NCBI GenBank assembly: GCA_038064355.1
Contig: JBBTTG010000019.1
Coordinates: 1 to 53,936, forward strand
From: Patescibacteria group bacterium
GTDB taxonomy: Bacteria; Patescibacteriota; Patescibacteriia; GWA2-47-26
Length of the DNA: 53,936 nucleotides
Direction: 5' to 3'
The notes beneath the pieces are model-generated. The model saw nothing but the letters and a program-made list of their open reading frames with translations, ran no database searches and was not told the origin of the DNA. The position numbers were made by a program, and so were the translations under genes. Below are positions 53,871-53,936 of the stretch, one piece after another. Numbering within the stretch: the first letter of the stretch is position 1; each line of letters opens with the position of its first letter.

Positions 53871-53936
53871 TATAGGACTTCCGCGCTTCCGCCCAGGAGT
53901 CCTGTAATTGTGGAACTTCCCATGGCGGAAGCCACA
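53871..53936. repeat. Family-E element, left part (cut by the window end)
   Basis: TATAGGACTTCCGCGCTTCCGCCCAGGAGTCCTGTAATTGTGGAACTTCCCATGGCGGAAGCCACA matches 43014-43079 with two mismatches. Confidence 0.9.

Noticed and set aside
1-53936. An alternative genetic code (for example UGA recoding, as in some candidate phyla).
   Set aside because: All conserved genes read through at full length with the standard bacterial code and end at ordinary TAA/TAG/TGA stops. No in-frame stop needs to be reassigned.

Overview
This 53.9 kb window is compact and mostly coded on the + strand. By gene content it resembles a small-genome bacterium, possibly Patescibacteria/CPR (Parcubacteria-like); this lineage call is inference only. 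Supporting features are a DUF4012 protein, a processive GT2, MreB, lower-glycolysis genes, a full suf operon, giant surface proteins, and core genes that lack Shine-Dalgarno (SD) motifs.

Recognisable core genes:
- ECF sigma factor with a DUF4349-like membrane partner.
- prmC-prfA-rpmE on the minus strand.
- Rrf2 regulator followed by sufB-sufD-sufS-sufU-sufC and a DUF59 protein.
- Ferredoxin, nth, rpsB-tsf, gap, queA, pgk, a SIMPL protein, eno and gpmI.
- Envelope genes: PAP2 phosphatase, a ManC-like enzyme, mltG, and an O-antigen-ligase/TPR protein.
- rplJ-rplL.
- An overlapping-start operon: wHTH regulator, TsaB-like protein, GT2, DUF4012, mreB.
- hicAB and a GT4 glycosyltransferase.

No rRNA gene, tRNA gene or CRISPR array was recognised.

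The most unusual property is a dense population of small palindromic, MITE-like repeat families (named A-G here).
- They fill intergenic spacers and nest inside one another.
- Several sit inside essential genes while keeping the reading frame: queA has 4, prmC at least 4, eno 2, and the giant protein 1.
- A related class is tandem heptanucleotide tracts (NNNGTAG and others). These make up whole intergenic spacers, supply stop codons, and are translated inside prmC, prfA and eno.
- A small GIY-YIG nuclease gene is flanked by arms of one repeat family.

Other notable regions:
- GC-richer islands at about 1-520, 5830-9600 and 15300-17450 carry unknown genes with strong SD sites, unlike the SD-less core genes.
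- A surface-protein cluster at 34.4-42.9 kb includes a 1644-aa tail-fibre-like protein with an internal peptidase-S74 chaperone domain.
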